Assembly: GCA_002687175.1 (NCBI GenBank)
Contig: NYZP01000019.1
Location: 14,629 to 78,628, forward strand
Reading direction: 5' to 3'
Source: Parcubacteria group bacterium
GTDB lineage: Bacteria; Patescibacteriota; Patescibacteriia; Buchananbacterales; UBA6539
DNA: 64,000 nucleotides
Part shown: piece by piece, positions 16,964 through 27,588 of the stretch
Layout of the letters: each line of letters begins with the position of its first letter
Numbering within the stretch: position 1 is the stretch's first letter
Notes under the pieces: generated by a model
The model's database searches: none
Told to the model about the DNA's origin: nothing
Seen by the model: the letters and a program-made list of their open reading frames with translations, nothing else
Made by a program: the position numbers and the translations under genes

Positions 16964-17631
16964 CGACTTATTCTCCCCAGGATTAAATCCCAAATTATTT
17001 TAAACGAGTTACTGAACTTTTGACCTTTCTGTAACGAATACTCAGTATACTTGATAGTAACCGGAACTTCTCTGAAACGCAGCTGATGTTTTTTTATTTG
17101 TTCAATAATTTCCGAAGCATGCGCCATACCATCTTGTTTAATCTCAATTTTTTCTGCTGCCAAACGTGATAAGGCCCTAAAACCATTATGGGTATCAGTA
17201 ATTGATAATCCGGTATAGATTTTAGTAAAGTAAGTAGCTAATTTTAAGAGAATTTTTCTTGAAATTGGAATTTTACTTTTAGTGTTCAAAAATCTTGAGC
17301 CCAAAACAACATCCTCTTCACCAAGTAGTAGTGGTTTAATAACATTTTCAATATCATCCACTTGATGTTGACCATCAGCATCAAAAGTTACAATAATATC
17401 AGCCCCGGATTTTAAGGCAAAATTAATACCAGTTTGCAGTGCTGCACCCTGGCCTCGATTAATAAAATGTTGTACAACTTGAGCCCCAGCTAAACTGGCA
17501 ACTTCACCAGTCTTGTCGGTAGATCCATCATCAACCACAATTATTTTTGTCACCTTTCCTTTTAGATCAGTGACCACTTGGTTGATTACTTTAGCCTCAT
17601 TGTAAGCCGGCACAACTACTTGAATTTCCAT
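16960..17631 (-). CDS. polyprenyl-phosphate sugar synthase (DPM1-like GT2)
   Basis: VPAYNE, VDDGSTD, NRGQGAALQTG, FDADGQH, DTHNGFRA. Confidence 0.9.
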   Translation of the reverse strand: MEIQVVVPAYNEAKVINQVVTDLKGKVTKIIVVDDGSTDKTGEVASLAGAQVVQHFINRGQGAALQTGINFALKSGADIIVTFDADGQHQVDDIENVIKPLLLGEEDVVLGSRFLNTKSKIPISRKILLKLATYFTKIYTGLSITDTHNGFRALSRLAAEKIEIKQDGMAHASEIIEQIKKHQLRFREVPVTIKYTEYSLQKGQKFSNSFKIIWDLILGRISR

Positions 17632-17643
17632 ATCTAGTTTTTA

Positions 17644-18672
17644 TTACTTTCTCAGTTTACTGGTAGGTCGTAAAATTGATTTATGAGCTTTAAAATAATC
17701 GATCGCGCCTTTTATCCCCTCTTCGAGCAGTACGACTGGAAACCAACTTAATCTTTCTTTGGCTAAAGTAATATCTGGTAGTCCTAAAGGAGACATAAAA
17801 AGTAAAGGCTTTTGAAAAACTACTTTTGATTTGGAGTCAGTTAGTTTAATAACTTTTTTAGCAACATCAGAAATTTTATAATCTAAATCACTGCCTAAAT
17901 TGACAGGACCTGACTCACCACTTCTCATCATTTTCATAAGTCCTTGTACTATATCGGATACATGACATAAAGAGGTTGAAAAACTATTATCGCCGTAAAT
18001 AGCAAGATCCTTGTTGTCTAAAGCATTAAATACAAAATCAGGAAGCATTCTACCTGTTTTCAGTTTCATTCTAGGACCATAGGTTCTAAATATTCTCACA
18101 ATTTTGGTATTTAGATTATATGATTGCCCGTAAGTATAGGTCATAGTTTCAGCAAACCTTTTTCCTTCATCATAACAAGAACGAGGATTTAAGTGATCCA
18201 TTGCTCCTTGATAATCCTCCTTGAAGTGAGGTTTTTTAATATCGCGTGGACCATAAACTACTGCCGAGGAGGTTAACAAAAATTTAGCTTTATATTTTAC
18301 GGCTAAATCTAAAATATTTCTCACGCCAACGGAATTTGCTAACACTGTTGCAATTTGAGTTTTTTTAAAGTCTTTTGGTGAAGTTGGGCAGGCCAAATGA
18401 TAGATTTCCTGAATACCTTGAAATTTAACTTGAAATTTTTCCAATTCTCTTAGGCTCTCTAAGTCAATTGGTTCATTTACATCATGTTTAATAAATTGAA
18501 AATCAGAATTCTGTAATAGATGATCAATGTTAGCCTCATCACCAGAAACAAAATTATCAATACAAATTACTTTATTTTTTTTAACTAGCTCATCACAAAG
18601 ATAAGAGCCAATAAAACCAGCTCCTCCAGTAACTAATATATTCTTTTTTTCAAAAATTGCTTTTGTTGCCAT
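17644..18672 (-). CDS. uxs: UDP-glucuronate decarboxylase (UDP-xylose synthase)-like SDR
   Basis: TGGAGFIGS, IYHLACPTSP, RSCYDEGKRFAET, RIFRTYGPRM. Confidence 0.85.
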   Translation of the reverse strand: MATKAIFEKKNILVTGGAGFIGSYLCDELVKKNKVICIDNFVSGDEANIDHLLQNSDFQFIKHDVNEPIDLESLRELEKFQVKFQGIQEIYHLACPTSPKDFKKTQIATVLANSVGVRNILDLAVKYKAKFLLTSSAVVYGPRDIKKPHFKEDYQGAMDHLNPRSCYDEGKRFAETMTYTYGQSYNLNTKIVRIFRTYGPRMKLKTGRMLPDFVFNALDNKDLAIYGDNSFSTSLCHVSDIVQGLMKMMRSGESGPVNLGSDLDYKISDVAKKVIKLTDSKSKVVFQKPLLFMSPLGLPDITLAKERLSWFPVVLLEEGIKGAIDYFKAHKSILRPTSKLRK

Positions 18673-18707
18673 ATAAATTTATTCTACACATTTAGTATAA
18701 CTAAAAA

Positions 18708-19166
18708 CTATTCTAAAGGCAATTTGGTCATTATTTGATTATTTTTAAAAGTCCAAAACCGGTTAAAGCTAAAATTCCAAACGGTAACTAGGGCCGTTGC
18801 GAAAACCCAGGACAATAACCAATGCAGATTAACAAATTCGGTTAAACTATAAATGATACCAGTGTTAATTGTTAATCCAGAGACCATAACAACGGAAAAT
18901 TTTATTAATTGATTTAATACTTCTCTACCCTTTTCGATATTTCTAAAAGTCCAAAATTTATTAGCCCCGAAATTAAAAATGGCCGAGATCAAAAAAGCCC
19001 AAATGGCTGAATTAATATACCAAAATCCTAACCATTGAGTTGCTGAATAATAAATTAAAAAATTAATGACAGCAGAGGTTCCGCCAACAATACAAAATTT
19101 AACCACCTGTTTAAAAAATGGATACTTACGAATATGTTCAATAATTACTTTGGTTTGATACCTCAT
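18708..19166 (-). CDS. GtrA family flippase
   Basis: KFCIVGG, NFGANKFWTF and NFSFNRFWTF; four TM helices. Confidence 0.9.
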   Translation of the reverse strand: MRYQTKVIIEHIRKYPFFKQVVKFCIVGGTSAVINFLIYYSATQWLGFWYINSAIWAFLISAIFNFGANKFWTFRNIEKGREVLNQLIKFSVVMVSGLTINTGIIYSLTEFVNLHWLLSWVFATALVTVWNFSFNRFWTFKNNQIMTKLPLE

Positions 19167-19172
19167 AAAAAA

Positions 19173-21428
19173 TTAATAGCTAATTACTTCGGGACGAACC
19201 CCACCTTTATAGTTTTGCAGATGAGTAACCAAATCAAATAACATTTTACCATTCAAATCAAAAACTTTAACTTCCGAGCTTCCGCCAACACCCATGCCAG
19301 TAACTATTTCATCAATGCCATCATTATCAATGTCATCAGCTGAAACATACACACCATCTAAAAAATTTGGTTCATAGGCAAAGAAGCTGGATAATTGCTC
19401 TCCTCGATGAGAAAACACCCTAACCGTTGGGACTGAATCTTTTTCAATGCTAGCAATGACTTCCGAACCACCATCACCCAATAAATCACCAACCGCAACG
19501 TTAACACCACCTTTGAAATTTTTATTATAAGCAAAAAATTGCGAGATCAAACTACCATCAAAGTTAAAAATTCTAACATGGGGTCCCCCGCCAGCACCAG
19601 CTCCACTAACAATATCATCAACTCCATCACCATTAACATCACCAGTAGCAACGTTAACACCTCCAGTAAAATTTTCTTGATAAGCCATGAATTCTGAAAA
19701 TAAATTTCCTTTAAAATCAAAAATTCTGACTTGTGGTAAACCGCCCTTACCAATTCCGGTGATAATTTCATCGACACCATCGCCATCAACATCACCTACT
19801 GAAACAGGAATTCCACCTCTAAAGCTTTTATCATAGACAAAAAATTGTGACAACACTTGCCCTTCAATATTAAATATACGAATATGCGGCCCACCGCCAA
19901 GTCCAGCACCAGTAATAATTTCATCTAAGCCATCACCGTTCACGTCACCAACCGCCACATTAATTGGACCTGAAAAAAGTGGATCGTAAGCATAAAATGT
20001 TTTAAACTCAGAACCATCAGTTCTTAATATTTTTATTTGGGGCAATGAGCCAAAACCTAGGCCAGCAACAATATAATTATTCTGACCACCTTTAGACTGT
20101 GGTAACTTGGTTCCTAAAGCAAGTTCCAAGGCCTTACCACCATCAATCAACCCAGAACCAAGTTTAGTTAAATAAGCCGGATTATGTGAAGATATATCTT
20201 TAGCAGTTTCTAATATAAAATCTCTAATTTCGTCGGCACTAAAGCCAGGCCTTAAACCTTTAATAGTCGCTAAAACACCACTAACCATCGGTGCCGACAA
20301 AGAAGTACCAGACCAATACCCGTCGTAATACTTGGTAAAACCACTGACACCTTCTTCGTAAACTTGCGCCGCATAAATATTTTCTCCTGGAGCCACAATA
20401 TCAATACAATCACCATAGTTTGAAAAACTTGATTTAGCTAAATTTGATCCGACTGAAGCTACACCAATGAGTATATTTTCAGAATCATCATAACAAACTG
20501 GATAAGATTTATTAAAATCTAAATTAATGCCATTAGCCTGAGGGTCAGTATTACCAGCAGCGGCAACTACTAGAATATCATTATCAAATGCTTTTCTAAC
20601 AGTAGCCAAGAAAAAATTATTAAAACCTGAACCAACAAAACTCATATTGATAACATCAGCACCATTATCAATCGCATAGTCAATAGCTTGCACGACGGAA
20701 AACACATCACCAGAGCCGTTGCTATCTAATACTCTAAGAGGCATCACTTTACTAAACCAGCTACTACCGGCAATGCCTTTAACGTTATGAACACTGGCCG
20801 CAGCCACCCCAGCAACGATAGTACCATGTTTCACGGCGTCTGCATTGTAACCATCACTAAACGATGGGTTAGGGTCAGCGTCACTATCGATAAAATCCCA
20901 ACCATTAATGTCATCGATATAGCCATTATTATCATTATCAATATTGTCGCCAGCAATCTCACTATTGTTGACCCAAATCTTATCAACTAAATCTGGGTGA
21001 TCTAAGTCAACCCCAGTGTCTAAGATGGCAATAGTCGGCTGGTAAGTTATTGTTTCTTGTTGACGAATTAATAAATCCTGAGACCACATATTTCTGGCAT
21101 TTATTTCCGATAGGTACCACTGTAAGGTATAGTCAGGATCATTTGGAAAGGCTGTTATAGTAAACAAGTAATTTGGTTCAATAAACTCTACCGTGGGATT
21201 ATCTTGATAACTGTTAATAATTTCCAATACGTCTTCTTGGTCTGAAAATTGAAATTTATATATTTCCGGATCATTTTTAAATTTAATTAAAAATTCACCA
21301 GACCTAAACTCCAGAATGTCTTCCTCATTTTCATAGGCAAACACTGGAAAATAAAAAAATAATCCGGAACCGATGGATACCAGAGTCAAAAAAAATATAA
21401 ATAAAAATGTTAGTTTAATCCTTAACAT
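19173..21428 (-). CDS. secreted S8 (subtilisin-like) peptidase with C-terminal FG-GAP/VCBS repeats
   Basis: Triad ILDTG, HGTIVAG, GTSLSAP; repeated GDVNGDGxDEIITG...GGGPHVRIF units; N-terminal signal/TM. Confidence 0.92.
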   Translation of the reverse strand: MLRIKLTFLFIFFLTLVSIGSGLFFYFPVFAYENEEDILEFRSGEFLIKFKNDPEIYKFQFSDQEDVLEIINSYQDNPTVEFIEPNYLFTITAFPNDPDYTLQWYLSEINARNMWSQDLLIRQQETITYQPTIAILDTGVDLDHPDLVDKIWVNNSEIAGDNIDNDNNGYIDDINGWDFIDSDADPNPSFSDGYNADAVKHGTIVAGVAAASVHNVKGIAGSSWFSKVMPLRVLDSNGSGDVFSVVQAIDYAIDNGADVINMSFVGSGFNNFFLATVRKAFDNDILVVAAAGNTDPQANGINLDFNKSYPVCYDDSENILIGVASVGSNLAKSSFSNYGDCIDIVAPGENIYAAQVYEEGVSGFTKYYDGYWSGTSLSAPMVSGVLATIKGLRPGFSADEIRDFILETAKDISSHNPAYLTKLGSGLIDGGKALELALGTKLPQSKGGQNNYIVAGLGFGSLPQIKILRTDGSEFKTFYAYDPLFSGPINVAVGDVNGDGLDEIITGAGLGGGPHIRIFNIEGQVLSQFFVYDKSFRGGIPVSVGDVDGDGVDEIITGIGKGGLPQVRIFDFKGNLFSEFMAYQENFTGGVNVATGDVNGDGVDDIVSGAGAGGGPHVRIFNFDGSLISQFFAYNKNFKGGVNVAVGDLLGDGGSEVIASIEKDSVPTVRVFSHRGEQLSSFFAYEPNFLDGVYVSADDIDNDGIDEIVTGMGVGGSSEVKVFDLNGKMLFDLVTHLQNYKGGVRPEVISY

Positions 21429-21439
21429 GTAGACAAAAA

Positions 21440-23920
21440 CTATTGTTCTAATAACTCGCCCTTATTTAAAAGATCCAAAAATGTTTCGGCTTCAGTTGCA
21501 AAATTAGGATCTAGATCAATTGCCATTTGGGTTATCTCTCTAGCTTTTTGATTTTGACCAACCTTGGCATAAATAGCAGCCAATTTTGCGTAATTCTCGG
21601 GGCTAACTTCTAACTCTGAAATTATTTCTTGAAATTCAATCATCTTGGTAAAATCATTGACCCGATTATATAGATCAAAAACTCTTTGATAATCACTAAC
21701 TGTTGGCTCCCACTCAAAATTTTCAAGCATATAAGTAAATCTCCGTTCAGCTAAATCTGTCTTTCCAAAAACTATATAAATTGTAAGTAAGTTCCATTGA
21801 TCAGCAATGACTTCTGGTGCAAGTTCAGCGCCTTTACTAAAAAATTCTTCGGCTTTTTCATAATTATTTAAAAAGGCATAAGCTTGGGCAATTTCATAAT
21901 AAATATGAGGACGAGTCGGTGAAAGTTCTATCGCTTCAGTCAATATATCAATGACTTGTTGAGAATGGCCTCGATCATACCTAGTAGTAGCATTTAAAAA
22001 AGTTGTTAAAAATAAATATTGCCTTATATTTTTTGAATCTTCAGCCACACTTTCTTTGATTTCGTCAATTGTGAAATCTACCAATTCCCTAGCCTTCGAG
22101 TCAGGCAAATTTTGTTGATTCCTAAGTACCCCATTAACAAAGTTAGCTAATTGTTGTCTGGCTTCATATTTGGTAACTACCGACAGGTCTATAGCTTTTT
22201 CAAAATGTTCCATCGAGTCTAAAAAAGTTTGATCAGATCTTTGGCTCACCAAGGCTTTAAAAATATAATTGTTAGCCTTTAGAGTTTTAATATTAATCGC
22301 CAGCGATCCAATTAAAACTACCAGAATCGTAGCCAAAAAGATATAAGCCGTAAGATCTAATTTATAGCCTTGAATATTATTCTCATCATCTTCGCTAGAA
22401 TTATTATTATTTATACTAAAAGCAACAAAAGCTAAAAATAGAAAAAACGGAATTTCGGTATTTAAAGTATCAAACACAAAAAAGTTCTGCATAAAATATG
22501 CAATGATCAAAGAAACTAACAGCCAACTATAACTAACTGATTTTGTTTTTTTATAATTATTTATTAATGCCAAAGATGCCAAAATTAATATGGCAAAATA
22601 AAGGAGCAATCCTAAAACACCAGTGGTAACAGCAACATCAAAAAAGATATTGTGAGCACGGTCAAACCAAATTCTCGAACCCTCATCCTTATATATTTCG
22701 TTTGGAAAATATTTATTAAAGGCGTAATAATAATTTTCGGGACCATAGCCAATTAAAAATGATTTTGGAGACTCAGTCCAGCCTTTCCAACTTGCTTCCC
22801 AGGTTAATAAACGAGATTCGGTAGTTAGGTCAGTTAACGAAATAGTGGCTAAACGTCTCAAAGTATTGTTCCCTTTAACCAATGCCGTATCTTTACTGGC
22901 CACCAAAACTAGAGGCGAAATTAATATCAAAATTAACAGAACTAGACTTACTATTTTAATCTTTTTATTAATTTTTAAAAATAGACTGACCAAAGCTAAA
23001 AACCCAATACCAGAAGCAAAACCAATAATCGCTCCACGAGTCTGAGTTTGATAAAAAATAAAAAATTCAAAAATAAATATTACCGAAAGTAAAACCCTAA
23101 TAACATGTGTTTTTTGCCGAAAAAACCAAACAGTAAATATAAAAACTTGGGATATTAAAAATGGCCAAAGAAATCTGGGAAATTTAAATGCTTCAATTAG
23201 CATTGGGGTTTTAAAAAATTCAAACAATCCCCAATTTGCACTACTAAATAACTTAAAGAAAATTGAGGAAATAATTAAAAAACCGTCAAACACGGCAAAA
23301 CTTAAAACAAAAAGTTTTAGATCAAATCTTCTTTCTTTAGCCCAAAAATAAAGAATAAAAAATAAATTAAGAACCAAAAAAGCTGCAAAAAAAGTTGGAT
23401 TACCAACTGTACCCGATAATCTACTACCACCTGATGATTGTAAAAGAAAAGTAACGTTGAGCCATTGAGCTAATGCGAGAAAACTCATAACAACGCTACC
23501 AAAAATTGAGAAAGTAAAAAATGAATGCCAATCCTTCTTTTCTTTAAAGGTACTGACTAAAATAAAAAAGTATAAAAGTATATGAAGGAAATGAAAAATT
23601 CCACCCATTCTTTCATAATTTCCCCAAAAGCTTCGATTAAAATTGATGCCAAGAATACCAGCCAAGGAGAATGCTCCAAAAAATGCCAAGACCGTCAAAG
23701 TTAATTTATTAAATTTCGGTCTGAACCTTGGCTCAAAATAAGCTAATATTAAATAAGCTGTGAAAATTAATTCAACAGCAACTCTAAATAAAACATTTTT
23801 CGGAACAATAAAAGGAAAGAAAAACTTACTGTTCATGACTAATGGTAAAAATAAAATAAAAAGAACACCAGCTTTTATAAATTTTTCTAAGTAAAATAAA
23901 ACTTTATCTTTATTAAGCAT
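21440..23920 (-). CDS. O-antigen ligase / O-oligosaccharyltransferase-like protein with C-terminal TPR repeats
   Basis: GTVGNPTF, TQTRGA, GYGPENY and DRAHN (Wzy_C) motifs; helical TPR tail. Confidence 0.85.
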   Translation of the reverse strand: MLNKDKVLFYLEKFIKAGVLFILFLPLVMNSKFFFPFIVPKNVLFRVAVELIFTAYLILAYFEPRFRPKFNKLTLTVLAFFGAFSLAGILGINFNRSFWGNYERMGGIFHFLHILLYFFILVSTFKEKKDWHSFFTFSIFGSVVMSFLALAQWLNVTFLLQSSGGSRLSGTVGNPTFFAAFLVLNLFFILYFWAKERRFDLKLFVLSFAVFDGFLIISSIFFKLFSSANWGLFEFFKTPMLIEAFKFPRFLWPFLISQVFIFTVWFFRQKTHVIRVLLSVIFIFEFFIFYQTQTRGAIIGFASGIGFLALVSLFLKINKKIKIVSLVLLILILISPLVLVASKDTALVKGNNTLRRLATISLTDLTTESRLLTWEASWKGWTESPKSFLIGYGPENYYYAFNKYFPNEIYKDEGSRIWFDRAHNIFFDVAVTTGVLGLLLYFAILILASLALINNYKKTKSVSYSWLLVSLIIAYFMQNFFVFDTLNTEIPFFLFLAFVAFSINNNNSSEDDENNIQGYKLDLTAYIFLATILVVLIGSLAINIKTLKANNYIFKALVSQRSDQTFLDSMEHFEKAIDLSVVTKYEARQQLANFVNGVLRNQQNLPDSKARELVDFTIDEIKESVAEDSKNIRQYLFLTTFLNATTRYDRGHSQQVIDILTEAIELSPTRPHIYYEIAQAYAFLNNYEKAEEFFSKGAELAPEVIADQWNLLTIYIVFGKTDLAERRFTYMLENFEWEPTVSDYQRVFDLYNRVNDFTKMIEFQEIISELEVSPENYAKLAAIYAKVGQNQKAREITQMAIDLDPNFATEAETFLDLLNKGELLEQ

Positions 23921-24023
23921 AATAAAAAGAAACCTCAATGAATTAAGAAGAAGCTAAATAAAAGTGTATTAATTTTACCAATTAAATGATAAATTATCAA
24001 ATAATAAAAAAGTTAATTCAAGA

Positions 24024-24052
24024 TTGACGAAAATAGCTAAATATCGTATAAT
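24024..24052 (+). promoter_or_regulatory. sigma70 promoter of the plus-strand operon
   Basis: TTGACG (24024-24029), N17, TATAAT (24047-24052). Confidence 0.75.
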
Positions 24053-24087
24053 CTATTATAATCAATATTTTAGTTTGTAACTCCTAA

Positions 24088-25482
24088 ATGTCAAATAATT
24101 CAGTTATTAGTTTTAAAAAATATATACTTATTTTTGGGGATATAGCTATCCTCTATTTTTCTCTTTGGCTTACTTTAATTATCCGTTATCAAGCAGATTA
24201 CAACACGGGTTTGTGGCTTAAACATTTTTGGCCATTTACGATGGTCTTTGCTGTCTGGTTAATTATTTTTTATATTGATGATCTTTATGAAATTAACTAC
24301 AACCAAGGTAAAGCCGGACTATTGAGTAGGTTATTAAGAAGTATGCTGATTGGTATTATTTTTGCCATCATTATATTTTATCTTGGTCAAAATAGACTAT
24401 TTACCATTAGACCTCAAAGAGTATTGTTTATCGATGCCGCGTTTGTCACCATCCTAATTTATCTTTGGCATTTACTTATTAGATCATTAATAAAAATTTC
24501 TGGGCGAGCAAATGGTTTAATGATCATTGGTTATAATAAATTAGCTCAAGAGGTTATAACTGAAATTAATAAAAAATCACAATTTGGACTTCAATTAAAA
24601 ACAATTATATTGGATTCAGAAAACGATGAGGTGCCAGAAAAACTCAAAGCCATAACTAAATATAATCAGTTTGATAATCTAAAAAATATTTGTATCGATC
24701 AAAAAATAAATACTATAATTTCTACTGTTCATCCACGAGAAAATACCAAGTTATCTAAGAGTCTCTTTGAATGTTTACCCCTTAAAATTAATTTTTTTGA
24801 AGTTGCCACTTTTTATGAAAAAATTACTGGTAAAATACCAGTCACCACTATAGAACAAATTTGGTTTTTGGAAAATTTATCGGAGAATAGCAAAAAACCT
24901 TATGAAAGCTTGAAATTACTTTTTGACATATTCTTTTCTTTTATTCTTCTACTGTTTTCCTTACCTTTTATACCCTTAATCGCCCTGATTATAAAATTAG
25001 ACAGCAAAGGACCAGTATTTTTTACACAAATTAGAACCGGAAAAGACGGAAAAACATTCAAGGCTATTAAATTTAGAACCATGGTAGAAAATGCTGAGCA
25101 TAATGGTCCACAGTGGGCCAGTCAAAATGATCCACGAGTTACTAGCTGGGGAAGATTTTTAAGAAAAACCAGAATTGATGAGATTCCTCAACTGATCAAT
25201 GTACTGTGGGGAGAGATGAGCTTAATTGGACCACGTCCAGAACGTCCAGAATTTGTTCAACAATTAGAAACTGATATTCCATTTTACCGGGAGAGACTTC
25301 TGCTAAAACCAGGGCTGACAGGGTGGGCTCAGATTATGGGTCCGTCATACGGTGGATCGAAAGAAGAAAGTTTGGAAAAACTTCAATACGACTTGTTCTA
25401 CCTAAAAAATCGCTCACTGGCATTAGATTTAAGCATTTTACTAAAAACAGTTAGAACTGTTCTTAGTGTAAAAGGACAATAA
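24088..25482 (+). CDS. initiating polyprenyl-phosphate sugar phosphotransferase (WcaJ/WbaP-like)
   Basis: KFRTM, DPRVT, RIDEIPQLINV, GEMSLIGPRPERP, KPGLTGWAQ. Confidence 0.93.
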   Translation: MSNNSVISFKKYILIFGDIAILYFSLWLTLIIRYQADYNTGLWLKHFWPFTMVFAVWLIIFYIDDLYEINYNQGKAGLLSRLLRSMLIGIIFAIIIFYLGQNRLFTIRPQRVLFIDAAFVTILIYLWHLLIRSLIKISGRANGLMIIGYNKLAQEVITEINKKSQFGLQLKTIILDSENDEVPEKLKAITKYNQFDNLKNICIDQKINTIISTVHPRENTKLSKSLFECLPLKINFFEVATFYEKITGKIPVTTIEQIWFLENLSENSKKPYESLKLLFDIFFSFILLLFSLPFIPLIALIIKLDSKGPVFFTQIRTGKDGKTFKAIKFRTMVENAEHNGPQWASQNDPRVTSWGRFLRKTRIDEIPQLINVLWGEMSLIGPRPERPEFVQQLETDIPFYRERLLLKPGLTGWAQIMGPSYGGSKEESLEKLQYDLFYLKNRSLALDLSILLKTVRTVLSVKGQ

Positions 25483-25483
25483 A

Positions 25484-26464
25484 ATGACCACCGATGCCAA
25501 ACAAAAAATATTGATTCTTGGTGGAGCTGGATTTATTGGATCAAGAATTGCAAAAAAACTGGTTGACCTTGGACACCAAGTTATTGTCTATGACAAGTTT
25601 TATAATTTTATTGAACCAGAAAAAAGTAAATATGTTTTTTATCTTCAGAAACGTCTAAAAAACTTTTCCCCTGATGTAAAAATTATTTATGGTGATATCA
25701 GAGATGACGTGTCTTTGACAAAGACTTTAAATGAACATCGGCCAGATATTATTATTCACTTAGCCCAAATTCCTCTAGCCAATGTTTCCAATAAAATTTC
25801 GGGGGAAGCTCTAGATATTAATGTTAACGGAACAATTTCTTTAATTAAAGCAATTGGCTCAGTTGATTTTGTTAAACGATTGGTTTACGCCTCTTCAAGT
25901 TTTGTTTATGGTCATTTTCAATACGCTCCGGCTGACGAAAAACACCCGACTAACCCGATTGATGTTTATGGCGGGACAAAACTGGCCTGTGAAAATATAA
26001 TAAAAGGTTTTGGTACTCGTTTTGGAATTGATTATACAATTATCAGACCTTCCGCTGTTTATGGACCAACTGACGTTAACCTAAGAGTCAGCCAAATATT
26101 TGTTGATAATGCTTTTGCTGATAAAGAATTAATTTTAGATGGCGGTGGCCAAACTACCCTAGATTTTACTTACGTTGATGACATAGCCCAGGGTTTTGTT
26201 TTAGCAGCTTTATCAACTGAAGCAAAGAATGAGATATTTAATATCACTCGTGGTGAAGGTAGAAGTTTAAAAAATCTGGTCGATATTTTAAAAACACATT
26301 TTCCAGACTTAAAAACCGAAATTAAACCAGCGGACGAAACAAGACCCAAAAGAGGTGCCCTGGACATTTCCAAGGCAAAAAAAATTCTTGGCTATCAGCC
26401 TAAATATTCTCTTGAAGAGGGAATAAAAGAATATATTGAATACATTAAATCAGTAAAAAAATAA
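25484..26464 (+). CDS. NAD-dependent epimerase/dehydratase
   Basis: GGAGFIG, SSS, YGGTK, DFTYVDD. Confidence 0.9.
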   Translation: MTTDAKQKILILGGAGFIGSRIAKKLVDLGHQVIVYDKFYNFIEPEKSKYVFYLQKRLKNFSPDVKIIYGDIRDDVSLTKTLNEHRPDIIIHLAQIPLANVSNKISGEALDINVNGTISLIKAIGSVDFVKRLVYASSSFVYGHFQYAPADEKHPTNPIDVYGGTKLACENIIKGFGTRFGIDYTIIRPSAVYGPTDVNLRVSQIFVDNAFADKELILDGGGQTTLDFTYVDDIAQGFVLAALSTEAKNEIFNITRGEGRSLKNLVDILKTHFPDLKTEIKPADETRPKRGALDISKAKKILGYQPKYSLEEGIKEYIEYIKSVKK

Positions 26465-26466
26465 AA

Positions 26467-27585
26467 ATGAAAATATCTTTATCAAAACCAGCTATTAGTA
26501 ACGCTGAACTTAAAGCTGCCCAATCAGTTCTCAAGAGTGGCTGGTTAACCGATGGCCCAAAGAATGAGCAGTTTGAACATTCCTTTGCTAAATACGTTGG
26601 GACTAAACATGCTCAAACAATTAATTCTTGTGCTTCGGCACTTTTTATTGTTTTAAAAGCTTTAAACATTAAAGGTGAAGTTATTATCCCCAGTTTTACT
26701 TTTGTTGCTACAGCCAATGCAGTTATGGCTGCTGGTGCTAAACCAGTTTTTGCTGATATTGATTTTGAGTCAGGTAACGTCACGGCTGATACTATTAAAC
26801 CACTAATTACTTCAAGAACAGAAGCGATTATGCCAGTTCATTTTGCTGGTCAAAGTTGTCAAATGGATCCAATTATAAAACTGTGTCGAAAACACAAATT
26901 AGTATTAATTGAAGATTCAGCTGAAGCTATCGGCAGTACCTACAAAAATAAAAAAACTGGCTCATTTGGTATTGGCTGCTTCTCTTTTTTCCCCACAAAA
27001 AATATTACTACTGGAGAAGGTGGAATGATAACAACTAACGATAAAAATCTGAAGCAAACTATAAAAACCATGATTTCCCATGGTATTGCAAAAAATACAA
27101 AAACAAGGTATAATTGGCAAAGAGAGGCGGTAGTAGCAGGCTTTAATTTACGTATGAGTAACGTTCTAGCAGCGATTGGATTAGAACAGCTAAAAAAACT
27201 CAATAAGCTCAATAATTTGCGTCGCCAGCACGCAAGATATCTGACAGCTGGATTAGATAAACAAATAGTTATCCCCCCTTCTGCTAAACAATTCTGTAAG
27301 CATGTTTATCAAATGTATACCGTAAAAGTAGATCCTAAAATTAGAAATAGATTAGTTGAAAAACTAAAGAAAGTAGGTATTGGGGCATCAGTTCACTTTT
27401 CACCGCCAGTTCATCAGCAAAAATTCTACAAAAAGTTTGCTCATCAAAATTTGAAAAATACTGACAAACTGGCAAATTCTATATTAACTCTTCCGATGTA
27501 CCCTGATTTAAAAATAAAAGAGTTAGATTATATTATCAATCAAACAAACAGATTAACTCATAAATTGTTGGAGGACAGAACTTAA
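26467..27585 (+). CDS. DegT/DnrJ/EryC1/StrS sugar aminotransferase
   Basis: EDSAEA and SFFPTKNITTGEGG (PLP lysine). Confidence 0.93.
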   Translation: MKISLSKPAISNAELKAAQSVLKSGWLTDGPKNEQFEHSFAKYVGTKHAQTINSCASALFIVLKALNIKGEVIIPSFTFVATANAVMAAGAKPVFADIDFESGNVTADTIKPLITSRTEAIMPVHFAGQSCQMDPIIKLCRKHKLVLIEDSAEAIGSTYKNKKTGSFGIGCFSFFPTKNITTGEGGMITTNDKNLKQTIKTMISHGIAKNTKTRYNWQREAVVAGFNLRMSNVLAAIGLEQLKKLNKLNNLRRQHARYLTAGLDKQIVIPPSAKQFCKHVYQMYTVKVDPKIRNRLVEKLKKVGIGASVHFSPPVHQQKFYKKFAHQNLKNTDKLANSILTLPMYPDLKIKELDYIINQTNRLTHKLLEDRT

Positions 27586-27588
27586 ACC

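Noticed and set aside
19200-20000. DNA repeat array or CRISPR
   Set aside because: The periodicity comes from protein FG-GAP repeats. I saw no identical direct repeats with spacers or cas genes anywhere in the window.
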